The notes under the pieces are model-generated. The model was not told the DNA's origin, searched no databases, and saw nothing but the letters and a program-made list of their open reading frames with translations. A program made the position numbers and the translations under genes. Below are positions 30,294 through 41,802 of a stretch of DNA of 64,000 bases, piece by piece. The first letter of the stretch is position 1. Every line of letters begins with the position of its first letter. Source of the DNA: an uncultured delta proteobacterium (GTDB taxonomy: Bacteria; Myxococcota_A; Polyangia; Fen-1088). The stretch covers positions 1,335,271 to 1,399,270 of the forward strand of contig CAVTRY010000011.1 in the NCBI GenBank assembly GCA_963737265.1. Direction: 5' to 3'.

Positions 30294-33178
30294 AGCGCAG
30301 TCTCCAGCAAGGCCACTGGAAGGTGGGCGAAAACGGTATCGAGAAACAACGTCGTGTCCTCGGGTGCGAACGTCCGCCCGGTCAGGGCATCCCGCCAATG
30401 CCGCCCGCGCAGCCCGTCGGGCAGTTCTAGAAGGGTCTTGCCCCAGATGGTTCCTGTCGGCCGTGCAGCGCCCAAGGTTGCAAAAAATCGTCCGACGACG
30501 GCAATGACACAGGTATCCCCATCGACCCGGGCGAAGGCGAAGGCATGGGCGGCTAGGGCTCCGCGCAGAGCAAGCGGCTGGTACCCGCCCCGCGTGAACA
30601 ATTGAGCACGCGAGCGCCGGAGGCGTAGGGCAGCGGTGGTCGTCCACATCTTGATGCGCCCATCGTTGGGGCGTTCGAACCAGGTGTCGACGGCAGCGAG
30701 CCCTCGCGTCTCGAAGTCGGAGGCAATGGCTTCGAGTTCGGCTCGTCTCTGGTCGAAGTCCACCGGTCGGCGATTGTCGGGATCGACAAGGGAAAAGTCC
30801 CACAGCTCGTTTCCCTGGTAGAAGTCGGGAATTCCCGGGGCAGCCACCTTTAGGACGACCTGCGCCAGGCTGTTCCACAGTCCTGGCCGTACAATACCTT
30901 CCACGAAGTCGTCGAGGCTGCGCAAGAACTTCCCCGCGCGCGCGGGATCGAGGATCGCCTGCACAAATCGGTCGGCAGCTTCGGCGTAGGCGGCGTTCGG
31001 ATTGATCCAGCTAGTGTAAAGCTTGGCTTCGTTCCGTGCCTTGGCCATGTAAGCACGAATTCGGTCGGCGAAGTTCGGATCGCTATCCCGTCCGCCCACT
31101 GGCCAGGCCCCGACCAAAGTTTGGTAGAGGAAATACTCCTCACTCGCCGCGGGCGCATCCATGTCGTCGAGCTTGGTCTTGTGTCGCGCGTTCAGGGTAG
31201 CCCAACCGACCGTTGCGGCCGCCCAATCCTCCGCCCGCTCGGACAGGACGTAGAGGCGGGCACGGGTGTCTTCGCCCCGTTTGGTGTCGTGGGTTGCGGT
31301 CGCTGAAAGGGCATGGGGCGATGTCTCTGCGCGGGTGTGCAGAACGCGATGAACATCTTCGACGGCAGCTCCCATATGTGCGGGCTCCCCGCCGACTTCG
31401 TTGAGCGCGATGAGAGGCATGTGGCGATAGAAGGCGGTGTCTTCCACACCCTTGGCGACGACAGGACCCGTCAGCTGCTGAAAGCGGGTTGTCAGGGTGC
31501 GCCGCTCCTCCAATTGCGCTTCAGTCAAGCCGGGTGGATCCCGTCGCAGCAAAACCGACGCAATGAAATCGAAAAGAGAGGCATTGAGGAGGGGGTTGCG
31601 CCTGCGCGCCTCGGCGACGGCCTTTTCGATGATGACCGCGTCTCGTTCGTTCACGGTGGCATCGTCGCGCCGGAGGTAGGTGCGGTAGACGGGAAAACAG
31701 GCGACGACTTCCCCCAGGGCCGTCTGCAGATGATTCAAAGTAAAATCACGCGTATAGCGATGTTGCTCGGAAATGCGGTCGAGGTGTCGCGCCAAGACCG
31801 TCAGCTCCGCGGCGAGGGTCGTCTGCAAGACCAAGCGCTTGCTCTCGTAGGCGATGTCGCAAAACGATGCCAACGGTCCACAGAAAAAAGCGGCTGCAGC
31901 CCGCAGCCCGGCGGACCCTTCCGGATGGCTAAAGAGATCTGCCGCTATTGGGATGAAGTCATAGCCCGTGGTCCCCTGCACCAACCAACCCGACGGCAAA
32001 GACTCTTGCGGCCCGAGTATCTTCTCGACTAGGACAATGGGGGCGCGGCGACCCTGGTCGGCATTCAATTCCTGCCAGCCGCGAATCAGGGCCTCGAGGT
32101 ACCCCTCGGGATCGGAAAGGCCGTCCACGTGGTCGATACGAAAGCCCCTGAAGGCAGGATGTGTGGCCATGGAAAAGGGCAGGGCGTGCACGTCTGCGAA
32201 GACTTGTGGATGCTCGACTCGCACGGCCGCCAGCTCATTGACGTCGAAGAAGCGACGGTAATTGATTTCGTGCGCGGCGACCCGCCAGTTCGCGAGACGG
32301 TAGAACTGCTCCGCCATCAGCAGTTCAAGACGGTCAAAGCTGGTGGGCACGCCAGGCGTCCCATTCATGAGGCCTAGCGCGTAGGCGATGGCGCTGCGGG
32401 CCGGGGCGCTGCCTGCGAACCAGGCCGCCAGACGTTGACGAATGGCTTCCTTCTCGTGACGGTACTCCACCATGCCCTCGTCGCCACCAGCGCGCAACCC
32501 TGGCAGTGTTTGCGAAAGGGCTCGCAGAATGCTCCCTAGCTCGATCACGCTTGTGTCCTCGGGCGATACCTCGGCGCCGAGGCTCTCGAACGCCGGTTGC
32601 AGGATGTGGCGCCAAGTCATGGGGTTGAGAGGAAGCCGCTGCTTGTCCCAACTCACGAAAAAGTACCCATTCTCGAAGCCGACCGCGAGCTGCCCCTCGA
32701 GGACGCGGCCATACTGTTCGCCTAGAAAGGGCAGCAAGACCTTGCCGACCAGCTCGGGCTTGGGCGGGTCCCAGTCGATGTCGAAATGCGCGGCGCTGGC
32801 CGAGCTGCGTCCGTCTTCGAGCACGACCAGCCAGCGGAGATTCTGATCGCTTGCGATGCACATGTGGTTGGGCACAATGTCCAGGATGACCGCAAGGCCG
32901 CCGGCCAACGCGTCGTCGAACAATTGGCGCAACGACGAAGCGTCTCCCAACTCGGGATTGAGCCGGCCGTAGTCGACGACATCGTAGCCGTGGCTACTCC
33001 CTGGCCGGGCAGTATAGATGGGGGATAAGTAGAGGTCGGAAAGACCAAGCCGATGCAAGTAGGGGATCAGGGCCGAAACACTCCGCAAAGGCAATTCGCG
33101 GTGCAACTGCAGACGGTACGTGGAGGTCGGGATCGAGGTGGGACTTTCCATGGGTGCTTCTCGGGCCGGCTCGGCCAA
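30290..33178 (-). CDS. treY: Malto-oligosyltrehalose synthase
   Basis: STYRLQ, GSSHGYDVVD, DIVPNHM, RIDHVDGL, VEKIL, ATHDTKRGED. Confidence 0.95.
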   Translation of the reverse strand: MAEPAREAPMESPTSIPTSTYRLQLHRELPLRSVSALIPYLHRLGLSDLYLSPIYTARPGSSHGYDVVDYGRLNPELGDASSLRQLFDDALAGGLAVILDIVPNHMCIASDQNLRWLVVLEDGRSSASAAHFDIDWDPPKPELVGKVLLPFLGEQYGRVLEGQLAVGFENGYFFVSWDKQRLPLNPMTWRHILQPAFESLGAEVSPEDTSVIELGSILRALSQTLPGLRAGGDEGMVEYRHEKEAIRQRLAAWFAGSAPARSAIAYALGLMNGTPGVPTSFDRLELLMAEQFYRLANWRVAAHEINYRRFFDVNELAAVRVEHPQVFADVHALPFSMATHPAFRGFRIDHVDGLSDPEGYLEALIRGWQELNADQGRRAPIVLVEKILGPQESLPSGWLVQGTTGYDFIPIAADLFSHPEGSAGLRAAAAFFCGPLASFCDIAYESKRLVLQTTLAAELTVLARHLDRISEQHRYTRDFTLNHLQTALGEVVACFPVYRTYLRRDDATVNERDAVIIEKAVAEARRRNPLLNASLFDFIASVLLRRDPPGLTEAQLEERRTLTTRFQQLTGPVVAKGVEDTAFYRHMPLIALNEVGGEPAHMGAAVEDVHRVLHTRAETSPHALSATATHDTKRGEDTRARLYVLSERAEDWAAATVGWATLNARHKTKLDDMDAPAASEEYFLYQTLVGAWPVGGRDSDPNFADRIRAYMAKARNEAKLYTSWINPNAAYAEAADRFVQAILDPARAGKFLRSLDDFVEGIVRPGLWNSLAQVVLKVAAPGIPDFYQGNELWDFSLVDPDNRRPVDFDQRRAELEAIASDFETRGLAAVDTWFERPNDGRIKMWTTTAALRLRRSRAQLFTRGGYQPLALRGALAAHAFAFARVDGDTCVIAVVGRFFATLGAARPTGTIWGKTLLELPDGLRGRHWRDALTGRTFAPEDTTLFLDTVFAHLPVALLETAL

Positions 33179-33180
33179 CG

Positions 33181-35373
33181 TTACGCCTTATCCGATGGTG
33201 AGGGCATCCGACGCAGAACCATCATCGAACGCTCGGTGACGCGGATCTGGGCGTCGCATCCCAACTTGGCCGGGCTCGGAGGTGTGGCACGTGACGTATC
33301 CACCACGACCTCCCACTCGGGTCCCCACGTCACGCGCGGGAGCGTGAAGTCGATGGCTTCGTGGTGCGCGTTCAGCAGCATCAGCAAAGTACTACCGACG
33401 GGACGACGACCGGCCTTATCAGGTACCACCAGGTTTTCGCCCCCGAGGAGGTAGGCGAACGAACGAACGTGGGGCGCCTGCCAATCCTCGGCCGGCATCT
33501 CGGTGCCGTCGGGGCGAAAGAAGGCCAGGTCCTTGAGGCGAGAATCCCAGATGCGGTCGCCGCGAAAGAAGTAGTCTTCACGGACCACGCCCTCCTCGTG
33601 GCGCAATTGCGACAGACGTGTCACGAAATCGCATAGCGCCCGCCGTCTCTCGTCCATGTTCCAGTCCACCCACGAGATTTCGTTGTCCTGGCAATAAGCG
33701 TTGTTGTTGCCTCTCTGGGTGCGCCCCATCTCGTCGCCTGCCGTCAACATGGGAACCCCACGGGAGACGAAAAGCGCGGTCAAGATGTTGCGCTTGGTAC
33801 GGTCGCGAAGGTCGGCAATGCCCGGGTCGTCGGTTTCGCCTTCCGTCCCGTGGTTCCACGAATAATTCTCGTCCAGCCCGTCGCGATTGTCTTCCTGGTT
33901 GGCTTCATTGTGCTTTTGGTCGTAAGTAACAAGGTCGTGCAAGGTGAAGCCGTCGTGGCTGGTTACAAAATTGATGCTGGCATGGGGACGCCGGCCTCCC
34001 GGCTGGAAGATGTCAGCCGATCCGGTCAGGCGATAGCCGAGCGTGCCGGCTTTGTTCTCATCGCCCTTCCAGAAGGAGCGGACAGTGTCCCGGTAGGAGG
34101 CGTTCCATTCCGACCATAGGACGGGGAAGGAGCCCAACTGCTGCCCTCCCTCGCCAGTGTCCCAGGGCTCTGCGATCAATTTTAGCTGGGAGAGGAGTGG
34201 ATCCTGGTGCATAGCTTGAAAGAAGGCCGCGTTGCGATCGAAGGCGAAGGTGGGCCACATGCGGCCTAGCGTTGTTGCCTCGTCGAAGCGAAAGCCATCG
34301 ACACGCATGACGTCGGCCCAATAGCGGAGGCTGTCGAGCACGGTCTTCATGATGTAAATAGCGCCCAGATTCAGGCTGTTGCCACAGCCCGTAAAGTCCA
34401 TGTTGAAGCGCGCGTCTTTGGGGCTGTGGTGGTAGAAGGCGAGGTTATCGATTCCGCGAAAGGAGAATGTCGGACCGTTTTGGTTTCCCTCTCCGGTGTG
34501 GTTGTAGACGACATCCAGGATCACTTCGATGCCCGCTGCATGCAGGTTCTTGACCATGGATTTGAATTCCGCGACCTGCGACCCCGGCAGTCCATTGGCT
34601 CGGGCGTACCTCTCTTCGGGCGCAAAATAGCCCATGGTGCTATAGCCCCAGTAATTGGTGAGGCCGCGTTCGACCATGTATCCATCCACCAGCTTGGCGT
34701 GCACCGGCAGAAGCTCGAGGGCGGTGATTCCCAGTTGCTTGAGGTGCCAGATGATGGCGGGGTGGGTAATTGCCTCATAGGTACCCCGCAGATTCTCGGG
34801 TACGTCCGGGTGGCGCATGGTCAAACCTCGTAGATGTGCCTCGTAGATAATGGTGTCGTTCCAGGGAATCCGTGGCCTCCGGTCATCGCCCCAATCAAAA
34901 TCGTCACCGAGAACCACCGACCTAGGCTTGGCCCAAGCGTCGTCCTCGTTCGAAAAGGCCAAGTCGCCCTCTGGCGCTCCCTGGGGATAGCCATAGACCG
35001 GACCCTTGAAGTCCAGGTCGCCGTGGAGTGCGTGTGCGTAGGGGTCGATGAGAAGCTTGTTGACATTAAAGCGGTGTCCCTCCGAAGGCGCATAGGGCCC
35101 ATCCACTCGGAATCCGTACAATGCCCCAACTCCTACATCAGGGAGCATGCCGTGGAAGACATGAGCGGTCTTTTCGAAAAGCTCGTAACGAGCAATCTCC
35201 CTTCCGGGATCCTTTTCATCGAACAGGCAAACGTAGACGTGCTGCGCGTGCTCGGAGAAAAGCGCGAAGTTGGTGCCTCCTTCCACCAGGGTCGCGCCGA
35301 GCGGGAACGGGGTACCAGGCAAGACGGCAAATCTAGGATCGGGTCGGGGGTCGATGCGGGCTGCCTTAGGCAT
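33181..35373 (-). CDS. glgX: Glycogen debranching enzyme (isoamylase)
   Basis: NYWGY, DVVYNHTGEG, DGFRFD, IAEPWD, SHDGFTL, GNNNAYCQDNEISW. Confidence 0.95.
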   Translation of the reverse strand: MPKAARIDPRPDPRFAVLPGTPFPLGATLVEGGTNFALFSEHAQHVYVCLFDEKDPGREIARYELFEKTAHVFHGMLPDVGVGALYGFRVDGPYAPSEGHRFNVNKLLIDPYAHALHGDLDFKGPVYGYPQGAPEGDLAFSNEDDAWAKPRSVVLGDDFDWGDDRRPRIPWNDTIIYEAHLRGLTMRHPDVPENLRGTYEAITHPAIIWHLKQLGITALELLPVHAKLVDGYMVERGLTNYWGYSTMGYFAPEERYARANGLPGSQVAEFKSMVKNLHAAGIEVILDVVYNHTGEGNQNGPTFSFRGIDNLAFYHHSPKDARFNMDFTGCGNSLNLGAIYIMKTVLDSLRYWADVMRVDGFRFDEATTLGRMWPTFAFDRNAAFFQAMHQDPLLSQLKLIAEPWDTGEGGQQLGSFPVLWSEWNASYRDTVRSFWKGDENKAGTLGYRLTGSADIFQPGGRRPHASINFVTSHDGFTLHDLVTYDQKHNEANQEDNRDGLDENYSWNHGTEGETDDPGIADLRDRTKRNILTALFVSRGVPMLTAGDEMGRTQRGNNNAYCQDNEISWVDWNMDERRRALCDFVTRLSQLRHEEGVVREDYFFRGDRIWDSRLKDLAFFRPDGTEMPAEDWQAPHVRSFAYLLGGENLVVPDKAGRRPVGSTLLMLLNAHHEAIDFTLPRVTWGPEWEVVVDTSRATPPSPAKLGCDAQIRVTERSMMVLRRMPSPSDKA

Positions 35374-35376
35374 GGG

Positions 35377-37455
35377 CTACGGTGCTCCTGCGGCGTTAGG
35401 TGAGTGGGCCGTCAAACGCCAAGCACGCAATAGCTCGGCTACGCCCCAGGCCTGCGCGATGCAACCCCTGGGACTGAATGGCGCCTTGGCGTCGAAAATC
35501 TCGCTGACCGATCCCACGCACGCCTGGCCAAGATGAGCCACGAGGCCGTGGAGCAACCCGCGAGCGCGTTGCTGCTCACCCGGGTGAACCTTGAGCCAGG
35601 CATCGATGAAGGGGCCGATGAGCCAACTCCACACCGTGCCTTGATGGTAGGCAGCATCGCGCGTGCGTAGGTCGCCGTGGTAGGTAGGCTTAAAATCGGG
35701 ATGCTCGGGCGCCAACGAGCGGAGACCGAGCGGGGTAAGCAAAGTCTCGGCCACGACATCCACGACCTGTCGCCATCGAGCGGGGTCGAGAACGGGGTTG
35801 GGCAGGGAAATCGCGAGAATTTGATTCGGTCGCAAGGACGCGTCGGGTGGATCGCCCTTCTCGCCAACCGCATCGTATAAATGTGACTTCGCTTCGTTCC
35901 AGAACCGTTGGTTGAAGGATTCCTTGGCTTTTGCGGCCATGGCTTCGTAGCGAGCGGCTGCCTCGGGTCCACGTTCCTGCTTGATCCACTGCGCCAGTAC
36001 GGTGAGCGCGTTGAACCAAAGGGCGTTGATTTCGACTGCCTTGCCGCGCCGAGGGGTAACCACCCACCCTTCGCACAGGGCGTCCATCCACGTCAGCGCG
36101 AACCCATCCTGTCCCTGCCGAAGCAGCCCATCGGAAGCATCGACACCGATACCGAAGCGGGTTCCTTGAACATGGGCATCGACGACTCCTTCCAGGGTAG
36201 GCAAGAGCAGTCGGAGGGTTTCGCGATCCGATGTGTAGCCGAGATACCTATCGAGGGCGTGAAAGAACCAAAGGGTTGCGTCCGCAGTATGGTAAAGGCC
36301 CTCATGCGAGCCCTCGGGAAAGAGGTTGGGGATGAGCCCATCGCGTACGTACCGAGCGAAGGTGTGCAAGATGAAGTGCGCGGTGCGGTGGCGGCCGGTG
36401 CACAGCGTGAGCCCTTCGAGGCTGACCATGGTGTCTCGTCCCCAATCCGTGAACCAGTGGTAACCGGCGATGACCGATTGAAGCTCCTCGCCCTGCGCGC
36501 GTGCGCGTGCGGCGTCTTCGGCCCGGCCCGCGGGCGTGATGAGGAACTGGTCGGCTGCGAGAGCCAGCTCGGCGGTCGTGGGATCTGTGAGCGCATCTGG
36601 CGTAGCGTGGAGCAGGCGAATGCGCCGTTCGTTTTCGTATCGCCAGGCTTCCTCGGGTCCGACTGCCTGCATAGTCTCCCAAGTCTCCGTCGATGCCACC
36701 AGGGTGGCAGCCGCCGCTTCGGTTAGTCGCACCTTGAACTGTCCAGGACTCCACAGCGTTCCCCGCGCGGCATAGCCTCGGGCCGCCTCCCACCGGTAGT
36801 TCACCGCTTCTTGCTGTTCAGGATAGAATTCGAAAGCAGGCTCATCTCCTTCCACTTGGATCTTGAGCGACGGCAGCGACGGTCCTGTGGATGCCTCGAA
36901 GCGAGCGCCCGTCAGGCATAGCGTATAGGAGTCGAGGGTTGGCGAGACCGGCGCGTCGTGCGGCCGGAAGTGCATCGCTGGCCGCAGCGATAGCCAGACG
37001 GCAGCGGCAAATTGATCCTCAGGAGCACCGATCAGGCGGTAGCGAATGTGGACGGTGTTCTGCAGGTGTGGCATGACGATGCGCTTTTCGATGACGAAGG
37101 ATCCGGCGCGGTAAACCCAGACGGGCAATCCCATTTCCAGCCGAAATTGTTCCAAAAGTTGCGTGCCATGCGAAGCGTGTTCGCTCGCCGCTTCGGTCAT
37201 TTGGCCGGATAGCTGATGAACGCTGCGATCGGGAAGATGAAGTTGCTCTTCTAAGTGGTCGAACATCATGATGCGACCGAGCGGGTTGGGCAGCGCCGCG
37301 ACAAGCAGCCCATGATAACGGCGCGTTGCAACCCCCGCGATTGTTCCGGAGGCGTAGCCGCCGAGACCATTCGTCACGAGCCACTCGCGATCAACCAGCT
37401 GGTCGGTTTCGTTTCCTTCCTCATGTTGCCAACCCACGCGCGTAACGGGACACAT
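35377..37455 (-). CDS. Amylo-alpha-1,6-glucosidase (glycogen debranching enzyme family)
   Basis: EWLVTNGLGGYAS, AGYHWFTDWGRD, TWMDA, AYHQGTVW, QAWGVAE. Confidence 0.93.
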   Translation of the reverse strand: MCPVTRVGWQHEEGNETDQLVDREWLVTNGLGGYASGTIAGVATRRYHGLLVAALPNPLGRIMMFDHLEEQLHLPDRSVHQLSGQMTEAASEHASHGTQLLEQFRLEMGLPVWVYRAGSFVIEKRIVMPHLQNTVHIRYRLIGAPEDQFAAAVWLSLRPAMHFRPHDAPVSPTLDSYTLCLTGARFEASTGPSLPSLKIQVEGDEPAFEFYPEQQEAVNYRWEAARGYAARGTLWSPGQFKVRLTEAAAATLVASTETWETMQAVGPEEAWRYENERRIRLLHATPDALTDPTTAELALAADQFLITPAGRAEDAARARAQGEELQSVIAGYHWFTDWGRDTMVSLEGLTLCTGRHRTAHFILHTFARYVRDGLIPNLFPEGSHEGLYHTADATLWFFHALDRYLGYTSDRETLRLLLPTLEGVVDAHVQGTRFGIGVDASDGLLRQGQDGFALTWMDALCEGWVVTPRRGKAVEINALWFNALTVLAQWIKQERGPEAAARYEAMAAKAKESFNQRFWNEAKSHLYDAVGEKGDPPDASLRPNQILAISLPNPVLDPARWRQVVDVVAETLLTPLGLRSLAPEHPDFKPTYHGDLRTRDAAYHQGTVWSWLIGPFIDAWLKVHPGEQQRARGLLHGLVAHLGQACVGSVSEIFDAKAPFSPRGCIAQAWGVAELLRAWRLTAHSPNAAGAP

Positions 37456-37467
37456 GCGTCAGCATCT

Positions 37468-37483
37468 ATCAAGGGACGTGCCA
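37468..37483 (-). promoter_or_regulatory. Possible sigma-54 promoter for the glycogen/trehalose operon
   Basis: TGGCACG-TCCC-TTGAT; the -12 element is GA instead of GC and the site lies very close to the called start. Confidence 0.35.
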
Positions 37484-37628
37484 CTGTGCCACTGTGCAAC
37501 CTTCGGAAAGAAAGGCAAAGGCGTCGACTGACCGCGCCTGGCAAGTGCGCGCGTTACTGTTGCGAAACCTCTGGGTGACTGTCGTAACGTACCCCTTCGC
37601 TGGCCCCGTTCGTCTGAAGGGATCACCC

Positions 37629-38012
37629 TCAACCGGCGATGCTGGCGCTCTCGCCCCGAAGCAGCGCGAAAAGTTGCTCCGGAAGGATGGGCTTGACGAC
37701 GAACTCGTCGAAACCGGCCTCCCGTGCCGCATCACGCGAGGCCACGTCCGAGAATCCGGTGAGCGCAATGAGACGCTGCGCGGGAACTTTGCGGCAAGCG
37801 TGCAAACGACGACCCACCTCGCAACCGTCATCGCCGACAAGATGAAGATCGATGATGGCAACATCCCAGTTACTCGCGTTGGCATGATCGAGCGCCTGCC
37901 GGAGGTCAGCGGCCTCGAGCACGCGGTGCCCCATCGAAACCAAGAACTCGCCCAACATGGCGCGAAAATCATCGTCGTCATCGACAATCAGCACACAAAC
38001 GCCCATATCCAT
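37629..38012 (-). CDS. Single-domain response regulator
   Basis: VLIVDDD, IIDLHL, IALTG, GFDEFVVKP. Confidence 0.85.
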   Translation of the reverse strand: MDMGVCVLIVDDDDDFRAMLGEFLVSMGHRVLEAADLRQALDHANASNWDVAIIDLHLVGDDGCEVGRRLHACRKVPAQRLIALTGFSDVASRDAAREAGFDEFVVKPILPEQLFALLRGESASIAG

Positions 38013-38172
38013 CGAGTCTCCCAATCTAGAGGAACTCCTTTGGTCGGACAGTCTACACGGAATCGCTTGCGACAAGGCTCTTCTCTGCCGAAAACACAAA
38101 GTGTTACGAGCCTGAAAGATTGGGTGGCCTCGCCACCTCGAAGGTGACAGCGTTGGTTGATTGTTCGACTCG

Positions 38173-41100
38173 ATGTCTCCTTCCGAAAAGAGGACTAAGG
38201 TACTCCTGTGGGGCGCCACGCTTGGGCTCACGGTAGCGATCTGCCTTAGCGCCGCTTCCACGAGCGCCTACTTTTCGGCGGACGACTGGGTCAATCATAC
38301 GCTCGAGGTCCAGCGCGAACTCGACCAATGGATGGTGGCACTGCTGGACGCGCAGGCGAGGGCACGGGATTTTCTTGTCTCGGGAGAAAGCAGCGACTTT
38401 GCCGCCTACAACACCGCTCTTGATAGCGAACGGAGATCCGCTCTTCGCGTACGTCAAATCGTCAGGGACAATCCAAGTCAACTGATGAGAGTCGACGCGA
38501 CGGATGGCAGCGCGCGCGCGGTCGTTGAAACGCTTCGCGCCCTCGTCGCTCCCGGAAGCGCTGAGCATCGCCAGGAGAGCATCCGGCTGAGTGCCTTGCC
38601 GCTAAGCCATCGGCCGATGACTGCCTTTCGGGCGGACTGGCAGACAGTGCGGGACGACGAAGAGAGTCTGCTTGCACAACGCCGTGCGATGGCCCGGGGA
38701 AGAGCGCAGGCTGTCTTTCTGTGCACGCTTCTTCTTTGGATCGCTTCGTGCGGTTTTCTCGCTGTCGCTTGGACGCTTCAGCGCTCGCGGACCTTCGTGC
38801 TCAAACGGTTGGAGCTCGACGCTCGCGAGCGGCTTAGAGCGCTCTCCGACATGGCGTCCGCGCTGTCGCAGGCTCGCACGCGCACACAGGTCGTGGACAT
38901 GGTGGTCGATCAATGCATGCGCATTGCAGCGGCCGACACTTGCACGCTTTATGCGCTGGACGAATCCAGGACCACCCTCGAATTGTTAGGTGAACGCGGC
39001 GTCGCGCCTGAGATCATGCAGGCGATTCGTCGCGTTCCGCTCAGCTTGGGCCATCCACTGGCGAACGTGCTGTCGGGAGCCCCCATCTGGGCGGAGAACG
39101 AAGAAACCTACCACGCGCTCTTTCCCACCGTGGCCAGCATGAAGGTCGAAGGTCCGAGGGCCAAGGCGTTCTGGAGCGTGCCGCTTTTCGTCGAGGGCCG
39201 GCCGTTTGGTGTTCTTGCCATGGGATTCTTCTCGGCTCGGAAGTTTTCCGCGGACGACAAGCAGTTTGTCGCGACACTCTCGAAACAGTGCGCTCAGGCG
39301 CTGTCGCGGGCAACCCGCATGGAGCGGGAGGACGAGGCACGCCGCCGGTTGCATACAACACTGCGCAGTATTGGGGACGCCGTCATCACAACAGACGCCG
39401 AAGGAAGGGTGACCTTCATGAACCCAGTCGCCGAGAGCCTTACGGGCTTCAAGGAAGACGAGGCGCGGGGCCAGGCTCTCGAGCAGGTCTTTCGTATCGT
39501 CTCCGAGGAGACGCGCGCAATCGTGGAGAGCCCGGTCGTGAAGGTTCTGCGGGAAGGCGTCGTCGTTGGTTTGGCCAACCACACCGTCCTCTGCAAAAGA
39601 GGTGGCCCCGAGCTGCCAATCGACGACAGTGGGGCGCCGATTCGAAACGAGGAAGGCGAGATCTCGGGCGTGGTCCTCGTCTTCCGCGATGTGAGCCATG
39701 ACAAGCGCGAGCAAATTCGTCGCGAGTTCTTGACCAAAGCCACCGCAGCGTTGGTTTCATCTCTCGACTACCAAACCACGCTCGCGGCCGTCGTACGCCT
39801 GGCCGTTCCGACGATAGCCGACTGGTGCGCCGTCGACCTTCTCGACCCGGTCCTCGGGACGCCTTCCCAGGCGGCGGTTGCCCATGTGGACCCCGCTAAA
39901 CTCGAATTCGCGCGACGCCTTGGCAAGATGTATCCACCTGATCCCTCGGCAACCACCGGGGCGCCACAGGTCATCCGCAGCGGGAAGGCCGAGCTGTACC
40001 GAGAAATCTCCGAGAAAATGCTCGAATTAGCCGCGAAGGACGCCGAGCATCTCCGACTAATTCATGAGCTCAGGCTTGCCTCGGCGATGGTCGTACCGCT
40101 CAAGGGCCGCACCGGGATATTGGGTGCCATCACTTTTGTCCACGCGGAGTCGGGGCGACGCTTCTCGGCGAACGACCTGGCGTTTGCGGAAGACTTCGCG
40201 CGGCGCGCGGCCATGTCGATAGAAAATGCCCAGGCGTTGAAAGAAGCTGAGGTTGCCAGGGAGCAGGAGCGCAAGCTTCGCGGTCATGCGGAGAGCGCGA
40301 GTTGAGCGAAGGACGAGTTTCTAGCCATGGTTTCGCACGAGCTTCGAACGCCGCTCAACGCGATTCTCGGTTGGAGCGTCTTGTTGCGCAGCCGCAACCC
40401 TTTGCCAGAAGTGGAACGCGGACTTTCCGTGATTGAGAGAAACGCACGCGCGCAGGCAAAGCTCGTCGAGGACGTCCTCGATATTTCGCGCATCATCAGT
40501 GGCAAGCTGGCGCTGAGTCTTGCTTCGACCAACGTGGGCGAGGTCATCGCAGCGTCGGTCGAGACAGTGACGCCGGCCGCGCAGGCCAAGGGTATCAAGA
40601 TCTCGACGGTTGTCGCGGACGCGTCGCTTGCCATACTGGCCGATGCTGACCGCGTCCAACAGGTCATATGGAACCTGCTTTCCAACGCCGTGAAGTTCAC
40701 GCCCAAGGGGGGAACGATCTCGGTTGATGTACACCGCGATGGCTCCGACGTATCCATCGCCGTGGTGGACTCCGGGGAAGGCATCGCATCTGCGGCTCTA
40801 CCCTTTGTCTTCGATCTCTTTCAGCAGGCGGATGCCTCGACGACGAGACGCCACGGTGGACTCGGGCTTGGTCTCGCTATTGTAAAGCGCCTGGTTTCGG
40901 CGCATGGCGGAACCGTAACAGTCCGCAGCGATGGGGAAGGCAAGGGGACGACCTTTGTGGTTCGCCTTCCAGCGAAGTCTGCCGTGCCAGCAATCCGCAG
41001 TAGCCGCGTGCCGAGGGCCTTCGAGGCTTTGCCGGGGGCTCACAAGGAAGGGCCCCGCTTGGATGGGCTGAAGGTGCTGGTGGTCGATGACGAGGCGGAC

Positions 41101-41457
41101 GCCCGGATGATCGTCGGCGAAGTCCTGCGCGAGCACGGCGCCGAGGTGTATTCGGCCGTCTCTGCTCCGGACGGGTTGGAGCAACTTCCATCCCTTCGTC
41201 CTGACGTCATCTTGAGCGACATCGGAATGCCTGCGATGGATGGGTTCGAGTTGATTCGGAGGATTCGCTCGCTGCCGGCTGAGCTAGGAGGACGGACCCC
41301 AGCCGTGGCTCTGACTGCCTATGCGCGATCCGAAGATGCGCAACGGGCTTTGGCGGCTGGCTATCAGATGCATGTCGCAAAACCGGTCGAACCAACCTTC
41401 TTGGCGACGGTTGTTGCGAACCTCGGCGGTCGTGACGGGCGTGGACCTTCCCAGTAG
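38173..41457 (+). pseudogene. Hybrid sensor kinase (CHASE3-GAF-PAS-GAF-HisKA-HATPase-REC) split by an in-frame TGA at 40303-40305
   Basis: Both ORFs are in the same frame: ...ESAS*AKDEFLAMVSHELRTPL; WVNHTLEV (CHASE3), SIGDAVITTD (PAS), C-terminal receiver. Confidence 0.88.
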
Positions 41458-41802
41458 TTCCATGCAGCAACGCTCCCTCCTCGAGTCCTCATGGTGTACT
41501 GCTGCGGTCCGACAACGACGTTACAGGCCAGTAACGTCGGTCCGAAGACCGTGACCTAGCGTGAGTTTACCGGAAGAGCCCAGTTTCAGTCGCTAGGCCA
41601 GGTCGCCGGGACCACTGCTTTCCGTCGGTGACCACGGTAGTCGCCCGTGTGCGCACATCGTATATACTAACTTAATATGCACGAGGGTCACCGACAGGCC
41701 AGCCGTCGGCCCAGCCGTCGGCCATATTCCAGCGTAAATGCGATACTTGATGACATGAAAAATTGCTTGTCCCGGTCTATTCCCATGGTGTATATACTAA
41801 CT

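Noticed and set aside
30294-30878. 195-aa N-terminal extension of TreZ
   Set aside because: Overlaps treY in another frame; TreZ similarity begins after ATG 30293.
40303-40305. Selenocysteine or programmed readthrough at the in-frame TGA
   Set aside because: The position is normally Arg in a coiled-coil linker, not Cys; a CGA-to-TGA change is the simpler explanation.
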